Origin: an uncultured Chloroflexia bacterium
GTDB taxonomy: Bacteria > Chloroflexota > Anaerolineae > B4-G1 > SLSP01
Direction of reading: 5' to 3'
Assembly: GCA_963751345.1 (NCBI GenBank)
Contig: CAVVUS010000018.1
Coordinates: 289,366-353,365, forward strand
Length of the DNA: 64,000 nt
Position 1 is the stretch's first letter. The number at the start of each line of letters is the position of its first letter. Positions 10,458 through 18,732 of the stretch are shown here, piece after piece. The notes under the pieces were generated by a model. The model worked only from the letters and a program-made list of their open reading frames with translations, was not told the origin of the DNA and did no database searches. Made by a program: the position numbers and the translations under genes.

Positions 10458-10481
10458 AGCCCTCTGGTTTCCCAGAGGGCT
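10458..10481 (-). terminator. Terminator hairpin after rplL, abutting an extended -10 (TGCTATACT) for the M50 gene
   Basis: AGCCCTCTGG-loop-CCAGAGGGCT then TTGTG on the - strand. A second, larger hairpin lies at 10488-10548. Confidence 0.6.
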
Positions 10482-10570
10482 AAGCGCTGCGAAGGTGGCC
10501 CTGGGCAAGGCTCAGACCTGAGCTTTGCTCAGCGCCCGAACCTTCGCAAGGATATCGAGTGTGAACCGTG

Positions 10571-10951
10571 CTACTTGACGTCGACCTTGGCCCCAGCCTC
10601 TTCCAGCTTGGCCTTGGCGTCCGCGGCGACTTCCTTGCCCACGGCCTCGAGGATGTTGGCGGGCGCGCTCTCGACCAGATCCTTGGCCTCTTTCAGGCCC
10701 AGGTTGGTGAGCTGGCGAACGACCTTAATGACGTTGATCTTCTTCGGTCCAAAGTCCGCGAGGACAACGTTGAACTCGGTCTGCTCTTCCTCTTCCTCAG
10801 CCTCGGCGGCAGCGGCGGGCATCGCACCCATCATGGCGACGGGAGCTGCAGCACTCACACCAAGCTTGTCCTCGAGCATCTTGACCAGTTCAGAAGCCTC
10901 GATCAGCGTCAGGGCGCTGATCTCCTCTACGAGTTTATCCAGATCTGCCAT
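10571..10951 (-). CDS. rplL: 50S ribosomal protein L7/L12
   Basis: [45 protein letters not shown]. Confidence 0.98.
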   Translation of the reverse strand: MADLDKLVEEISALTLIEASELVKMLEDKLGVSAAAPVAMMGAMPAAAAEAEEEEEQTEFNVVLADFGPKKINVIKVVRQLTNLGLKEAKDLVESAPANILEAVGKEVAADAKAKLEEAGAKVDVK

Positions 10952-11060
10952 TGCTATGAAACCTCCGGTTATGTTTCGTGACAACTCCGCTCTTCCCAAG
11001 CGTTCGCTTCACGATGAATGACTACTTGATTCTCGGATACCTACTGAACGCTGGTGAGCG

Positions 11061-11654
11061 TTAGGCGACCGCTTCTGCGGCCTCAACTGCCGTCTCTTCG
11101 GCCTCGACTGCTTTGCCACCACCGGCCTCTTCCAGCTTGTCAGCGTAAGCCTTAACCACATTGAGTATCTGGCGGATGCCACCGGCAACCACGCCAGCCA
11201 TCTGCGTCGCCGGGGCGTTGATGGTCCGCAGGACCTGCGACAGCAACTCTTCGCGTGTCGGCAGATTGGCGACCGTCGCCACTTCCTTCGCACCAAAGGC
11301 ATGTCCTTCGATCAGGCCGCCCTTGACGACGAAGCGACCTTCCTCGTAACCCTGAGCGATCTCACGGAACAGCTTCACCAGGGAAGGCACGTCCTTGTGA
11401 GCGAATGCCACCAGTGTAGGCCCCCCGAGGAGCCCCTTCGGCACCGTGATCTTGACCTCATCCAGCACCAGGTCGAACAAGGTATTCTTGACGACGAATA
11501 CTTCGCCTTCCTGTTGACGGGTCCTGTGGCGGAGGTCCTGCATCTGAGCCACGCTCAGTGCTGTATATTCCGCCATGACGAATCCTCGGCTCTCGGCGAT
11601 TTGCTGGCGATACTGATCCAGCAATTCCTCTTTACGGGCGCGTGAAATAGCCAA
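11061..11654 (-). CDS. rplJ: 50S ribosomal protein L10
   Basis: VVKNTL, GPT, LPTREELLSQ; TTG start with AGGAGG; synteny. Confidence 0.97.
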   Translation of the reverse strand: MAISRARKEELLDQYRQQIAESRGFVMAEYTALSVAQMQDLRHRTRQQEGEVFVVKNTLFDLVLDEVKITVPKGLLGGPTLVAFAHKDVPSLVKLFREIAQGYEEGRFVVKGGLIEGHAFGAKEVATVANLPTREELLSQVLRTINAPATQMAGVVAGGIRQILNVVKAYADKLEEAGGGKAVEAEETAVEAAEAVA

Positions 11655-11704
11655 CCTTTCTCACCTCCTTCTAGGATGCTAACTGTTACCTTCGTCAGCA
11701 GATA

Positions 11705-11872
11705 CCACAAAAAAAGTCCTTGCGCCTACCGACGCAAGGACTCAGGAGAGCAAGCTCCGGCGCATATGCACCGGGTGCGCTTGTTAGTTTCCCCAGATCC
11801 TGCCTCGGCGGGTAAGATTAAGCCCTACGCGAACGCAGTTCGCGCGTGCACCTGCTGTCTTAGGCGGACAGG
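11705..11872 (-). promoter_or_regulatory. L10 (rplJL) leader with attenuator terminator
   Basis: - strand reads CCTAAGACAGCAGG...TTAA...CCCGCCGAGG (L10 leader core), then AGTCCTTGCG/CGCAAGGACT hairpin + T-run (11709-11742) before the rplJ RBS. Confidence 0.85.
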
Positions 11873-11903
11873 TTCAGACCTACTGTAATCTAAGCTACTT
11901 TGT

Positions 11904-12620
11904 CTAGGCTGTCTCCATAGCGAGTGCGGCTGTGGGATCGACCTTGATGCCGGGCCCCATAGTGGGGGCCAGGGTAATGCGGCGAATAAAGAGACCCTTC
12001 GCCGCGGGTGGGCGAGCGCGTCGCAGCGTGCTCATAATGGCAGCCAGATTCCCAAGCAGTTGCTCCTCGGTGAAGCTCACTTTGCCGATGGGGCAGTGAA
12101 TGTTGCCCGATCGGTCCAGGCGATACTCCACCCGGCCGGCCTTCGCCTCGTCAACCACGCGCGCCAGATCGTCGTCTGGCACAACGGTGCCCGTCTTTGG
12201 CGTGGGCATCAAGCCTCGTGGACCAAGGACGCGGCCCAACCGCCCGACGTGACGCATCATATCGGGGACGGCGATGGCGACGTCGAAGTCCGTCCAACCA
12301 TTCAGAATCCGCTGAACGCCTTCATCGTCGCCGATGACGTAGTCAGCACCTGCATCAGAGGCAATGCGAGCGGCCTCTCCGGCTGCAAAGACCAAGACGC
12401 GTACCGACCTACCCAGCCCGTTCGGCAGACGGACCACACCACGAATCGTCTGATCCGCACGACGCGGATCAAGGGTCGTCTTCAGGTGTAGCTCAACGGT
12501 ACCGTCAAAGGACGTGTAGCTGACATCCTTGACTAACTTGATCGCCTGATCCACATCATAGATGCGATCTCGATCGACCTTTGCGGCGGCCTCCAGGTAC
12601 TTCTTGCCTACTTTTCCCAT
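11904..12620 (-). CDS. rplA: 50S ribosomal protein L1
   Basis: [35 protein letters not shown]. Confidence 0.98.
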   Translation of the reverse strand: MGKVGKKYLEAAAKVDRDRIYDVDQAIKLVKDVSYTSFDGTVELHLKTTLDPRRADQTIRGVVRLPNGLGRSVRVLVFAAGEAARIASDAGADYVIGDDEGVQRILNGWTDFDVAIAVPDMMRHVGRLGRVLGPRGLMPTPKTGTVVPDDDLARVVDEAKAGRVEYRLDRSGNIHCPIGKVSFTEEQLLGNLAAIMSTLRRARPPAAKGLFIRRITLAPTMGPGIKVDPTAALAMETA

Positions 12621-12632
12621 ATCTTGCTCCTC

Positions 12633-12659
12633 GTGGTACTAGCGGGTTTCCCCTCCCAC
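12633..12659 (-). promoter_or_regulatory. L1-binding autoregulatory site upstream of rplA
   Basis: GTGGGAG-GGGAAACCC-GCTAGTACCAC: the GGAG internal-loop hairpin typical of L1 operator mimics, directly before the rplA RBS. Confidence 0.7.
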
Positions 12660-12696
12660 CGGGTGAGTGAGCCGTCCCGTAGGACACTCGTTCCAA

Positions 12697-13125
12697 TCAG
12701 TCGCGGATACGGATCCCCATGCTGCGCGCGGTGCCCGCAACCTGAAGCTCTGCGCCCTCGACATTGATGGCATTCAGATCCCGCATCTTCGTCTCGGCGA
12801 TCTCCCTGAGCTGCTGTTTGGTGATGGCGCCGACTTTGTCACGATTGGGCTCTGCCGAACCCTTGGCAACTCCTGCGGCTTTGCGCAGCAGATCTGCCGT
12901 GGGCGGGGTCTTGAGCTCAAACGTGAATGACGAATCCTGATAGATCGTGATTTCGGCCGGAATGATGCTGCCGGTCAGGTGAGCCGTCTTGGCATTATAC
13001 TCTTTGCAGAACCCCATCAGGTTGATTCCGTGCTGAGCCAGCGCCGGCCCGATAGGCGGTGCCGGATTGGCCCTTCCTGCCTGGATCTGCAGCTTTACTA
13101 CTGCTTTTATCTTTTTCTTTGCCAT
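12697..13125 (-). CDS. rplK: 50S ribosomal protein L11
   Basis: [33 protein letters not shown]. Confidence 0.98.
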   Translation of the reverse strand: MAKKKIKAVVKLQIQAGRANPAPPIGPALAQHGINLMGFCKEYNAKTAHLTGSIIPAEITIYQDSSFTFELKTPPTADLLRKAAGVAKGSAEPNRDKVGAITKQQLREIAETKMRDLNAINVEGAELQVAGTARSMGIRIRD

Positions 13126-13214
13126 TCTCTCAACACTCCCTCGATCTGAGCCTTGGGGGAAGATCGTTATGCGCTTCCCGACCTACCCAGGTGTGTACTT
13201 TGTAGCTTGCTAGA

Positions 13215-14006
13215 CTAGGACCTCTCCACCTGCAGAAAATCCAGCTCTACCGGCGTCTCGCGGCCAAAGAAAGAAACCAGCACGCGGACCTTTGTCCGCT
13301 CCTCATCGATGTCATCCACAACACCGATAAAGTCCGCAAACGGTCCCTCGACAATGCGCACCTTCTGCCCTCGTTTGAAGGTGGCACGCACTTCCGGAGC
13401 CGTAGATTCCATGCGGCGCAAAATGCGCTGCACGGCTTCGGACCGCAGCGGGGTGGGGTGATTGCCCATGCCAACAAAACCGGTGACACCAGGTGTATTG
13501 CGCACGACATACCAGGAGTCATCGGAAAGCTGCATCTGAACCATCAGATACCCCGGGTAGAGGCAGCGCTCAACGGTTCGACGTTTGCCGTCCTTAAGCT
13601 CGATCTCCTCGACCGTGGGAACGACCACCTGGAAGATGAAGTCCTGCATGCCCATCGACTCAATCCGCTGTTCCAGGTTGTGCCTCACCTTGTGCTCGTA
13701 ACCCGAGTAGCAGTGGATGATGAACCAGGCACGCTCATCTACCGACTCCTTCACCTCTTCATCGGCGAAGGGGTCGGGAAGGACTCCGACTTCCTCGGCC
13801 TGTTCCTCAAATAGAAGCGGGGGGAGTGCCTCTTGCGACTCCTCTTCTTCCTCTTCGTCGGTCTTGGACAGCATATCTGCCCCTAGACGCTCGAAAATGG
13901 CCTCGGGGGACAACTCGAGATCTGGCAGCGGACCCAGTCCGTCGTCAGCCTCGTCGAGGATCTGATCCTCGTTCTCTTCTTCTACGGTATGCTCTTCTGA
14001 TACCAA
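13215..14006 (-). CDS. nusG: Transcription termination/antitermination factor NusG with acidic N-terminal extension
   Basis: WFIIHCYSGYE, YPGYLMV, VRNTPGVTGFVG, KOW motif GPFADF..FGRETPVEL. Start uncertain (TTG 14006 or 14015). Confidence 0.95.
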   Translation of the reverse strand: MVSEEHTVEEENEDQILDEADDGLGPLPDLELSPEAIFERLGADMLSKTDEEEEEESQEALPPLLFEEQAEEVGVLPDPFADEEVKESVDERAWFIIHCYSGYEHKVRHNLEQRIESMGMQDFIFQVVVPTVEEIELKDGKRRTVERCLYPGYLMVQMQLSDDSWYVVRNTPGVTGFVGMGNHPTPLRSEAVQRILRRMESTAPEVRATFKRGQKVRIVEGPFADFIGVVDDIDEERTKVRVLVSFFGRETPVELDFLQVERS

Positions 14007-14011
14007 GTGCT

Positions 14012-14305
14012 TCAAACCTCGTCGTTCTGACCAACCAGGTAGACCGCAGCGACCAACGCGATAGCGACGACTACCCCTACAATCATATAGATCGCGTTAC
14101 CGCCGATGACCTTACCGAGCAGCCATCCGAAGAAAAAGTCCAGTGCACCCAGAAAAACTGCCATGCCAAACGTCACGGCAAAGACGATCTGGGTCATCGA
14201 CCACCCCTGCTCTAGGGTAGGCCAGCGAACCTTGCGCAGCTCCACTCGGGTAGAGCGGAAATACGCAACGATCGCGTTGTCTTTCTTCTCCTTCGCATTA
14301 GCCAC
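14012..14305 (-). CDS. secE: Preprotein translocase subunit SecE
   Basis: ELRKVRWPT motif followed by TM helices; located between tRNA-Trp and nusG. Confidence 0.93.
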   Translation of the reverse strand: MANAKEKKDNAIVAYFRSTRVELRKVRWPTLEQGWSMTQIVFAVTFGMAVFLGALDFFFGWLLGKVIGGNAIYMIVGVVVAIALVAAVYLVGQNDEV

Positions 14306-14354
14306 GGACGCCTCCGCACGATCAACCTATAATGCGCCTATTGCGCTTACATTT

Positions 14355-14384
14355 CAAGACACCGCCTGACTGGGCGGTGTCTTG
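14355..14384. terminator. Hairpin between tRNA-Trp and secE (terminator or processing signal)
   Basis: CAAGACACCGCC/GGCGGTGTCTTG stem; no strong T-tail on the - strand. Confidence 0.5.
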
Positions 14385-14393
14385 TCTTCAAGG

Positions 14394-14466
14394 CAGGCGA
14401 GGCAGGAATTGAACCCGCAACCTACGGTTTTGGAGACCGTTGCTCTGCCAATTGAGCTACTCGCCT
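14394..14466 (-). tRNA. tRNA-Trp (CCA)
   Basis: AGGCGAG acceptor stem, TAGCTCAATTGGCAGAGC D-arm, ACGGT-CTCCAAA-ACCGT anticodon arm, GTTCAATTC T-loop. Confidence 0.96.
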
Positions 14467-14507
14467 ACGAAAATCTGCTCCATAAAGGCGTTCCATTCTG
14501 CGCCTTG

Positions 14508-14580
14508 AGCCCATGATCAGATTTGAACTGATGACCCCTTTCTTACCAAGAAAGTGCTCTACCGACTGAGCTACATGGGC
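14508..14580 (-). tRNA. tRNA-Thr (GGT)
   Basis: GCCCATG acceptor, TT-GGT-AA anticodon loop, GTTCAAATC T-loop. Confidence 0.96.
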
Positions 14581-14586
14581 AAATAA

Positions 14587-14673
14587 TGGTGGGCAGTGAG
14601 GGACTCGAACCCCCGAAGGCGTTACGCCAGCGGATTTACAGTCCGCCTCCTTTGCCGCTCGGATCAACTGCCC
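14587..14673 (-). tRNA. tRNA-Tyr (GTA)
   Basis: GCGGA-CTGTAAA-TCCGC anticodon arm, long variable arm, GTTCGAGTC, encoded CCA. Confidence 0.96.
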
Positions 14674-14678
14674 GGACA

Positions 14679-14751
14679 AGCCGACGGTGGGAATCGAACC
14701 CACAACCCTCCGCTTACAAGGCGGATGCTCCGCCGTTTGAGCTACGTCGGC
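14679..14751 (-). tRNA. tRNA-Thr (TGT)
   Basis: GCCGACG acceptor, TCCGC-CTTGTAA-GCGGA anticodon arm, GTTCGATTC. Confidence 0.96.
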
Positions 14752-14759
14752 GCATTGCG

Positions 14760-14842
14760 ATTATAACACGGCCGACACTCGGGTCAAGGATTCTCCCAAA
14801 CCGCAGCAGGCGATAGTATACACGATACGGTGTTGTTGTCAA
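14760..14842 (-). promoter_or_regulatory. Tandem sigma70-type promoters for the tRNA-secE-nusG-rpl operon
   Basis: TTGACA-16-TATACT (14842-14815) and TTGACC-16-TATAAT (14787-14760); 16-bp spacers are typical of stable-RNA promoters. Confidence 0.8.
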
Positions 14843-14865
14843 CCAAAAACGCGCTTTGCGGTGGG

Positions 14866-16161
14866 CTACCCGTACCGCAGCCCGAGGTCCACGCGACGGT
14901 CCAACACCGCCTCCAGCTCCTGGGTCGTCTTGGCCTCAATGGGGTCATACTTGATGCCCGGATAGTGTTCATCGAAGAAGGCTTTCAGATCATCCTGCCA
15001 CAGATGGGGATTGACGACGGTGACAGCGCGTTCCTCCAAGCCCGGCCCGTAGGCAGCGTCGTCGGCGCTGAACCCGATCGTCACCTTGAAGGTCTCCCAG
15101 TAGTGGCGGCACGCGGCGATCCAGCTCCACGTAGCGCTCTGGGGGAGGAGCATGTAGTGCCGGCTATAGGCGACGCGCGGCTCGTGGGGCGGGGGCTCAT
15201 CGGGTGGCGTGGGAATGGGTGGCGGCGTGGGGGTTGGGGTCTCGGTCGGTGGTGCGACCTTCTCCTCCGGCCACGTAGGATCCGAGGTGTTCTTGATCGA
15301 GACCGCGTGGTCGACGAGGCCTGGAAGGAATCTGCCGAAGTCGTAATTGTCCCAGGAGCCTGCGCTGCCCAGCGTGAAGAGGTGCGCGCCGACGACATAG
15401 TAGTCCTCGCGGAGCCTGGCATCGTACCACTTCATCTGGTCCAGCCACTCCTTCTCGGAGAGCAGCGGGAGATCCTTCGCGACGTTCACCTCGGTGAGGA
15501 AGAGGGGGATGACCTCATTGCGGGGGATGAGGAAGTCCTCATACCACCACCGGTAACGGCACGCCAGCGGGCCGCGGTTGGGATAGGTGGGGCGCCCGGG
15601 CAACGGCTCGCCATACCACCGGTTCATCGGGTTAGCGTACTCGTGGAGCGACAGTGCGTGTCCGCCGGCCTTGGCCTGGCCGAAGACGCCGGTCTCAGCC
15701 ACGGCCTTCATCTCGTCCCATTCGGGCACGCCCATGCTGTAGGAAAAGAGGGCCAGGTGATAGCCTTCCTCATCGGCGATGTCCATGCAATGCATCATGA
15801 ACTCAGCCAGGCGGCGATGACCATCGGTCCCCACCGGGTCCTGCTCGTTGATGATCTCCCAGAAATCGACATAACTGCGGTGCGGTTCCCAGCGAGGCAG
15901 CAGACTGTCCATCACCTTTTGGGCGCTCTCCGCGAGATCCCCGTTCAGATCCGGTCCCTCGACGTTGACGCGCGGATCGGTGCCCCGCATGAAACGCCCT
16001 ACAGTGATCACATCGCTGTCAAGCGCTTTGATGTCCGCAAGCCACCCCACAGAGATCACGGCCTTGACCGTGGTCATATGTGTGCCGCCCTGAAGTAACT
16101 GCTGGATCACGGCGGGGGTCTCGCCGGGCATGATCCCGTGGATTCCTAGCTTGCTCGGCAT
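14866..16161 (-). CDS. Putative clan GH-A glycoside hydrolase-like protein + Pro/Thr linker + uncharacterised C-terminal domain
   Basis: WEIINEQ (acid/base-like), SLHEY, LFLTEVN (nucleophile-like); linker PPTETPTPTPPPIPTPP; AAGGAG RBS before MPSKLG. Confidence 0.6.
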   Translation of the reverse strand: MPSKLGIHGIMPGETPAVIQQLLQGGTHMTTVKAVISVGWLADIKALDSDVITVGRFMRGTDPRVNVEGPDLNGDLAESAQKVMDSLLPRWEPHRSYVDFWEIINEQDPVGTDGHRRLAEFMMHCMDIADEEGYHLALFSYSMGVPEWDEMKAVAETGVFGQAKAGGHALSLHEYANPMNRWYGEPLPGRPTYPNRGPLACRYRWWYEDFLIPRNEVIPLFLTEVNVAKDLPLLSEKEWLDQMKWYDARLREDYYVVGAHLFTLGSAGSWDNYDFGRFLPGLVDHAVSIKNTSDPTWPEEKVAPPTETPTPTPPPIPTPPDEPPPHEPRVAYSRHYMLLPQSATWSWIAACRHYWETFKVTIGFSADDAAYGPGLEERAVTVVNPHLWQDDLKAFFDEHYPGIKYDPIEAKTTQELEAVLDRRVDLGLRYG

Positions 16162-16205
16162 GTTGTCTCTCCTTGTCGTCGGCGTCGAGGGGGAAGGAGC
16201 TCTGC

Positions 16206-17822
16206 CTAGCCCAGATCTTCCGCCCAATAGTATTGGTCGAACAGGTGGACGAGGTTCTTGGGATTGTCGGCCAGCAGCTGCCCGAAGGTGATCTCCTCGA
16301 TCTTTCGTGGCGCACCTGGGGCGTTGGGTAGATAGGCGGCCTCCTGGGCCTGTCGCTCGGTGGGGAAGGCAATCCACTGCCCCAAGTCGTCGCGAAAGGC
16401 GTAGACCTTGCCGCGGGCCATCGCGTGGACATCGCCGGTCGTCTCACGGAAGGGCCGGATGCGTGCCTCCGAGGCGTCATGCTCCTCCAGGAATGAGAGC
16501 CAGGCAGCCTTCATCTGCACGGCGACCTCGGGATGGGCGTCGATGATGTTGTGAGCCTGCTCGGGGTCATCCTCGAGGTTGTAGAGCTCCGACGGCATTC
16601 CCCAGGGCATACAGATGTAGGCCCAACGGTCATTCGTGACGGTGCCCGGCTCCACCGTCCGCTCCGAGCCGACCCACCCATCGAAGGCGGCGCCATCCAC
16701 GGTGCCGGCTCCCTGCGGATACCGATTCGAGAAGGCGTAGTCCCGGCCCTGCGATGCCTCTCCGCGCACCAGGGGCCAGAACGAGCGCCCCTCGACGATG
16801 TCGGGCACAGGCACCTCCATGAACTCCAGAATTGACGGCAGCAGGTCCGGGGGTTGGACGATGCCCGGAATGTGCTCACCGGCGCCCAGACCGGCGGGAT
16901 GGTGGACCAACAGCGGGATGCGAGTCGTTTCCTCGTAGAGCCGCCCCATCTCCGCACCGGGCTTGCCCTGCAGGTCGTGCTCGCCGAAGAGGTGCCCGTG
17001 ATCGGTGGTCCAGAGGATCAACGTGTCATCGAAGAGGTGTAGCCGCTCAGCCATGTCCAGGAACGCACCCACCCAGCGGTCCACCAGCGTGGCACAGCCG
17101 GCGTAGCGGGCCCTTATATCGCGCTGCTCCGCCTCGGTCAGATAGGTTGGGCGCCCATACTGAGGATAGGTGATCTCATCGCCCCGGTAATCCGGCGCCG
17201 CGTAATGCTCGTAGTCGTACCACGGACTGTCAAAGGGCTCGTGCGGATCCCACATATCCACGTAGAGGAAGAAGCGCTCGTGATTGTAGTTGGTCTCGAG
17301 CCATTCGATGGCCTGGGACATCGTGCGCGCGACCGGGAACTGGCGCTCGTGGCGCCGGTCGAAGTGATTGCGCAGATAGCCGTCCAGGCTCTTGAGCGAC
17401 TTGATCTTGTGCGGCTGAGCGGGGAACCTGACGGGGAGGTCGGGGTTGGTAATCCAGGGATCGTTCTTCTGCCCGTGGACGAACTCGATGCCCTGGAACC
17501 CGCGCGTGTAGTTGTAGTCGTGCATCCCCAGCATCGGAGTATCCCAGATCATCTGGGTGTGCACCCCCTGGCGGGCCAGCATCTGGGCGAGCGTCGTGTC
17601 GCGCTGTTGCAGTGGCTCCCAGCCGCGTGTTGGGAAGCCGAAGCGCCCCACCGCCATATCCCAGCGGTTTGGTACGGTGGGGTATGAGGCGATGTAGTAT
17701 TGATCGAAGGCCATCGACCGTTCGGCAAAGGTGTCCAGATTCGGCGTTTCGATCCAGTCATTGCCGTAGCAGCCCAGGTGGTCGCGGCGGAAAGTGTCGT
17801 TGACGATCAGGATGACGTTCAT
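16206..17822 (-). CDS. Sulfatase-like (alkaline phosphatase superfamily) hydrolase, Thr at the nucleophile position
   Basis: NVILIVNDTFRRDHLG..TPNLD, TVPNR in place of CxPxR, WDPHEP, TTDHG, ELYNLEDDP. Confidence 0.9.
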   Translation of the reverse strand: MNVILIVNDTFRRDHLGCYGNDWIETPNLDTFAERSMAFDQYYIASYPTVPNRWDMAVGRFGFPTRGWEPLQQRDTTLAQMLARQGVHTQMIWDTPMLGMHDYNYTRGFQGIEFVHGQKNDPWITNPDLPVRFPAQPHKIKSLKSLDGYLRNHFDRRHERQFPVARTMSQAIEWLETNYNHERFFLYVDMWDPHEPFDSPWYDYEHYAAPDYRGDEITYPQYGRPTYLTEAEQRDIRARYAGCATLVDRWVGAFLDMAERLHLFDDTLILWTTDHGHLFGEHDLQGKPGAEMGRLYEETTRIPLLVHHPAGLGAGEHIPGIVQPPDLLPSILEFMEVPVPDIVEGRSFWPLVRGEASQGRDYAFSNRYPQGAGTVDGAAFDGWVGSERTVEPGTVTNDRWAYICMPWGMPSELYNLEDDPEQAHNIIDAHPEVAVQMKAAWLSFLEEHDASEARIRPFRETTGDVHAMARGKVYAFRDDLGQWIAFPTERQAQEAAYLPNAPGAPRKIEEITFGQLLADNPKNLVHLFDQYYWAEDLG

Positions 17823-17827
17823 CCGGC

Positions 17828-18646
17828 CTACCTCAGCCACTCCCGCATCTTCTCGATGTATTGGGGGAAGGCGATCTCGGGCTCGGCCAGAGCGGGGATC
17901 CAGCGCTTCTCCCATTCGAGGATGGCATAGCCGTCGTACCCTCCGGCTACCAGCAGATCGAGCATGGCCTTCAGCGGCACATCTCCCTCGCCGAGAAGGA
18001 CGTACTGGTGCCCGCCATCCGCCGTCGGTTTCGAGTCTTTGACGTGCGTGCTGACGGTGTAGGGCGCGAGGTTCTCATAGGTGAATTCGGCCGGCTCCCC
18101 GTTGGTACGATAGGGGTGGTGCAGATCCCAAAGGACCCGGACCCTTGGATGATCTACCTCGCGCATCAACCGCGCGAAGACGGCGGAGTCCGTCCAGTCG
18201 TCGTGCGTCTCGAGCGCCAGGGTGATGCCGAACCCCTCGGCCTCGTCCCCGATGGCCCGCAGGTTCTTGACCAGGGTGGGGAGAATGGTCTCCACCGTGT
18301 GACCCTCCGGCACCTTTCCGCCGTAGACCCTCAGGACCGGCGCGCCCAGCTCGGCAGCCAGCGCCATATTGCGCCGTGCCTCCTCGAAGTTCCCCTCCAG
18401 CTCATCGGCATCAACGACGGCGAAGCGTGCTGAGGTGGCAATCCCCGAGACGGCAATACCGTGGTCGGCGAGCAACCGCTTCGTCGCTGCAAGGTCCGAG
18501 GTGAACTCCGGGCACGTCGTGATATCCAGCGCATCCAGCAGCCCGCGGAAATCGATACCGTCATATCCCATTTTGGCGGCGTTCTCGACAATTTCGCGGA
18601 GCGTCCATCCCGGACAGCCAAGCGTTGTGAACGATAGGGGCAGCAT
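17828..18646 (-). CDS. Sugar phosphate isomerase/epimerase (xylose isomerase-like TIM barrel)
   Basis: LSFTTLGCP, GYDGID, LALETHD, LWD, HVKD, LGEGDVP, LEWEK. Confidence 0.9.
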   Translation of the reverse strand: MLPLSFTTLGCPGWTLREIVENAAKMGYDGIDFRGLLDALDITTCPEFTSDLAATKRLLADHGIAVSGIATSARFAVVDADELEGNFEEARRNMALAAELGAPVLRVYGGKVPEGHTVETILPTLVKNLRAIGDEAEGFGITLALETHDDWTDSAVFARLMREVDHPRVRVLWDLHHPYRTNGEPAEFTYENLAPYTVSTHVKDSKPTADGGHQYVLLGEGDVPLKAMLDLLVAGGYDGYAILEWEKRWIPALAEPEIAFPQYIEKMREWLR

Positions 18647-18687
18647 GGTGACTCCTTTGTGATGCGATTGAGCGAACGATCGAGAAA

Positions 18688-18722
18688 GCGAATGGCGATC
18701 CGTGGCTCGGGTCGCCATTCGC
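18688..18722 (-). terminator. Hairpin with short T-tail between second sulfatase-like gene and epimerase
   Basis: GCGAATGGCGA(C/T)CC stem, then TTTCTC on the - strand. Confidence 0.55.
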
Positions 18723-18732
18723 CAATGGTGGG

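Noticed and set aside
14422-14816. Short ORFs over the tRNA cluster
   Set aside because: The region is fully explained by four tRNA cloverleaves and their promoters.
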